From an uncultured bacterium (GTDB lineage Bacteria; Hydrogenedentota; Hydrogenedentia; Hydrogenedentales; CAITNO01), in NCBI GenBank assembly GCA_937923585.1, contig CALDSM010000905.1, positions 1 to 54,191 on the forward strand: a stretch of DNA of 54,191 nucleotides, written 5' to 3'. How positions within the stretch are numbered: position 1 is the first letter of the stretch; every line of letters starts with the position of its first letter. A program made the translations under genes and the position numbers. Shown here one piece after another: positions 53,873-54,191 of the stretch. The notes below the pieces were generated by a model. The model was not told the DNA's origin and searched no databases. It saw only the letters and a program-made list of their open reading frames with translations.

Positions 53873-53988
53873 TCCGTCAAGAACGGCCTGCACTTTGCGG
53901 CCCCCCGTCCCCTGGGGCGGGGGGCCGCACTCAAGTCAGTCTCGAAGGCCTGTCTCCGCCTGCGGCGGAAACAAACCCGTCTTTCGGG

Positions 53989-54191
53989 TTAATTGACGCT
54001 GAACACGCCGTTGCTCGTGTCAAGATACGTGGTCGGGTAGGACAGGGACACGACCTGGACCGTGTAGTTGCTGCCCAGCGCCTGGCCTGCGGGAACGTTC
54101 CACGTCCACGTGCCCGCGGACATCGCCACGCTGCTGGCCAGCGTGCTGCGCGTCGTGCCGTTCCACAGGTAGATGCGCACGCTGCCCGGCA
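53989..54191 (-). CDS. C-terminal end of a secreted protein (Kre9/KNH-like Ig-fold domain), partial at window edge
   Basis: The frame is open to the window end. It reads ...VRIYLWNGTTRSTLASSVAMSAGTWTWNVPAGQALGSNYTVQVVSLSYPTTYLDTSNGVFSVN-stop, resembling the small beta-sandwich domain with a W.W.VP...Y.V.V pattern. Confidence 0.45.
   Translation of the reverse strand, partial: PGSVRIYLWNGTTRSTLASSVAMSAGTWTWNVPAGQALGSNYTVQVVSLSYPTTYLDTSNGVFSVN

Overview
High-GC bacterial chromosomal contig end (spot counts give about 70% G+C in core genes and about 50% in two islands). Gene content is diderm-type: hldE, a TolC-family channel, Tat and lipoprotein signals. All calls come from reading the ORF translations and the DNA by eye; no BLAST or HMM search was run, so family names are motif-level recognitions. 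Bases 1-44 are untrimmed Illumina adapter. I support about 40 CDS. Housekeeping genes include ileS, hslV, hldE, mprF, ltaE, ubiE/menG, a family-4 UDG, an SDR, an MFS transporter and a HAD-IIA hydrolase. There is also a macA / split-macB / tolC efflux operon, an AdoMetDC-like plus deoxyhypusine-synthase-like polyamine pair, an orphan histidine kinase, and several large secreted Ig-like-repeat proteins. I saw no rRNA, tRNA or CRISPR array. Items most worth a second look: (1) two giant adhesin-like proteins (14.5-18.1 kb and 45.05-47.9 kb) share a PASTA domain followed by an unusual Cys-motif / hydrophobic / Arg C-terminal tail that looks like an undescribed or divergent sorting signal; (2) intergenic nested palindromes, namely a 117-nt four-hairpin element that the rhaM ORF reads through, a 122-nt near-perfect hairpin between macB and tolC, and a 20-bp nested inverted repeat after ileS; (3) a single polypeptide fusing a neutral-ceramidase-like domain to a C45 Ntn-hydrolase-like domain; (4) two low-GC islands, one separating hslV from any hslU and one carrying a single orphan gene; (5) a Tat signal peptide one base out of frame with its mature domain; (6) a 9-nt homopolymer inside the giant surface gene; (7) an AdoMetDC-like / DHS-like pair preceded by a structured leader.
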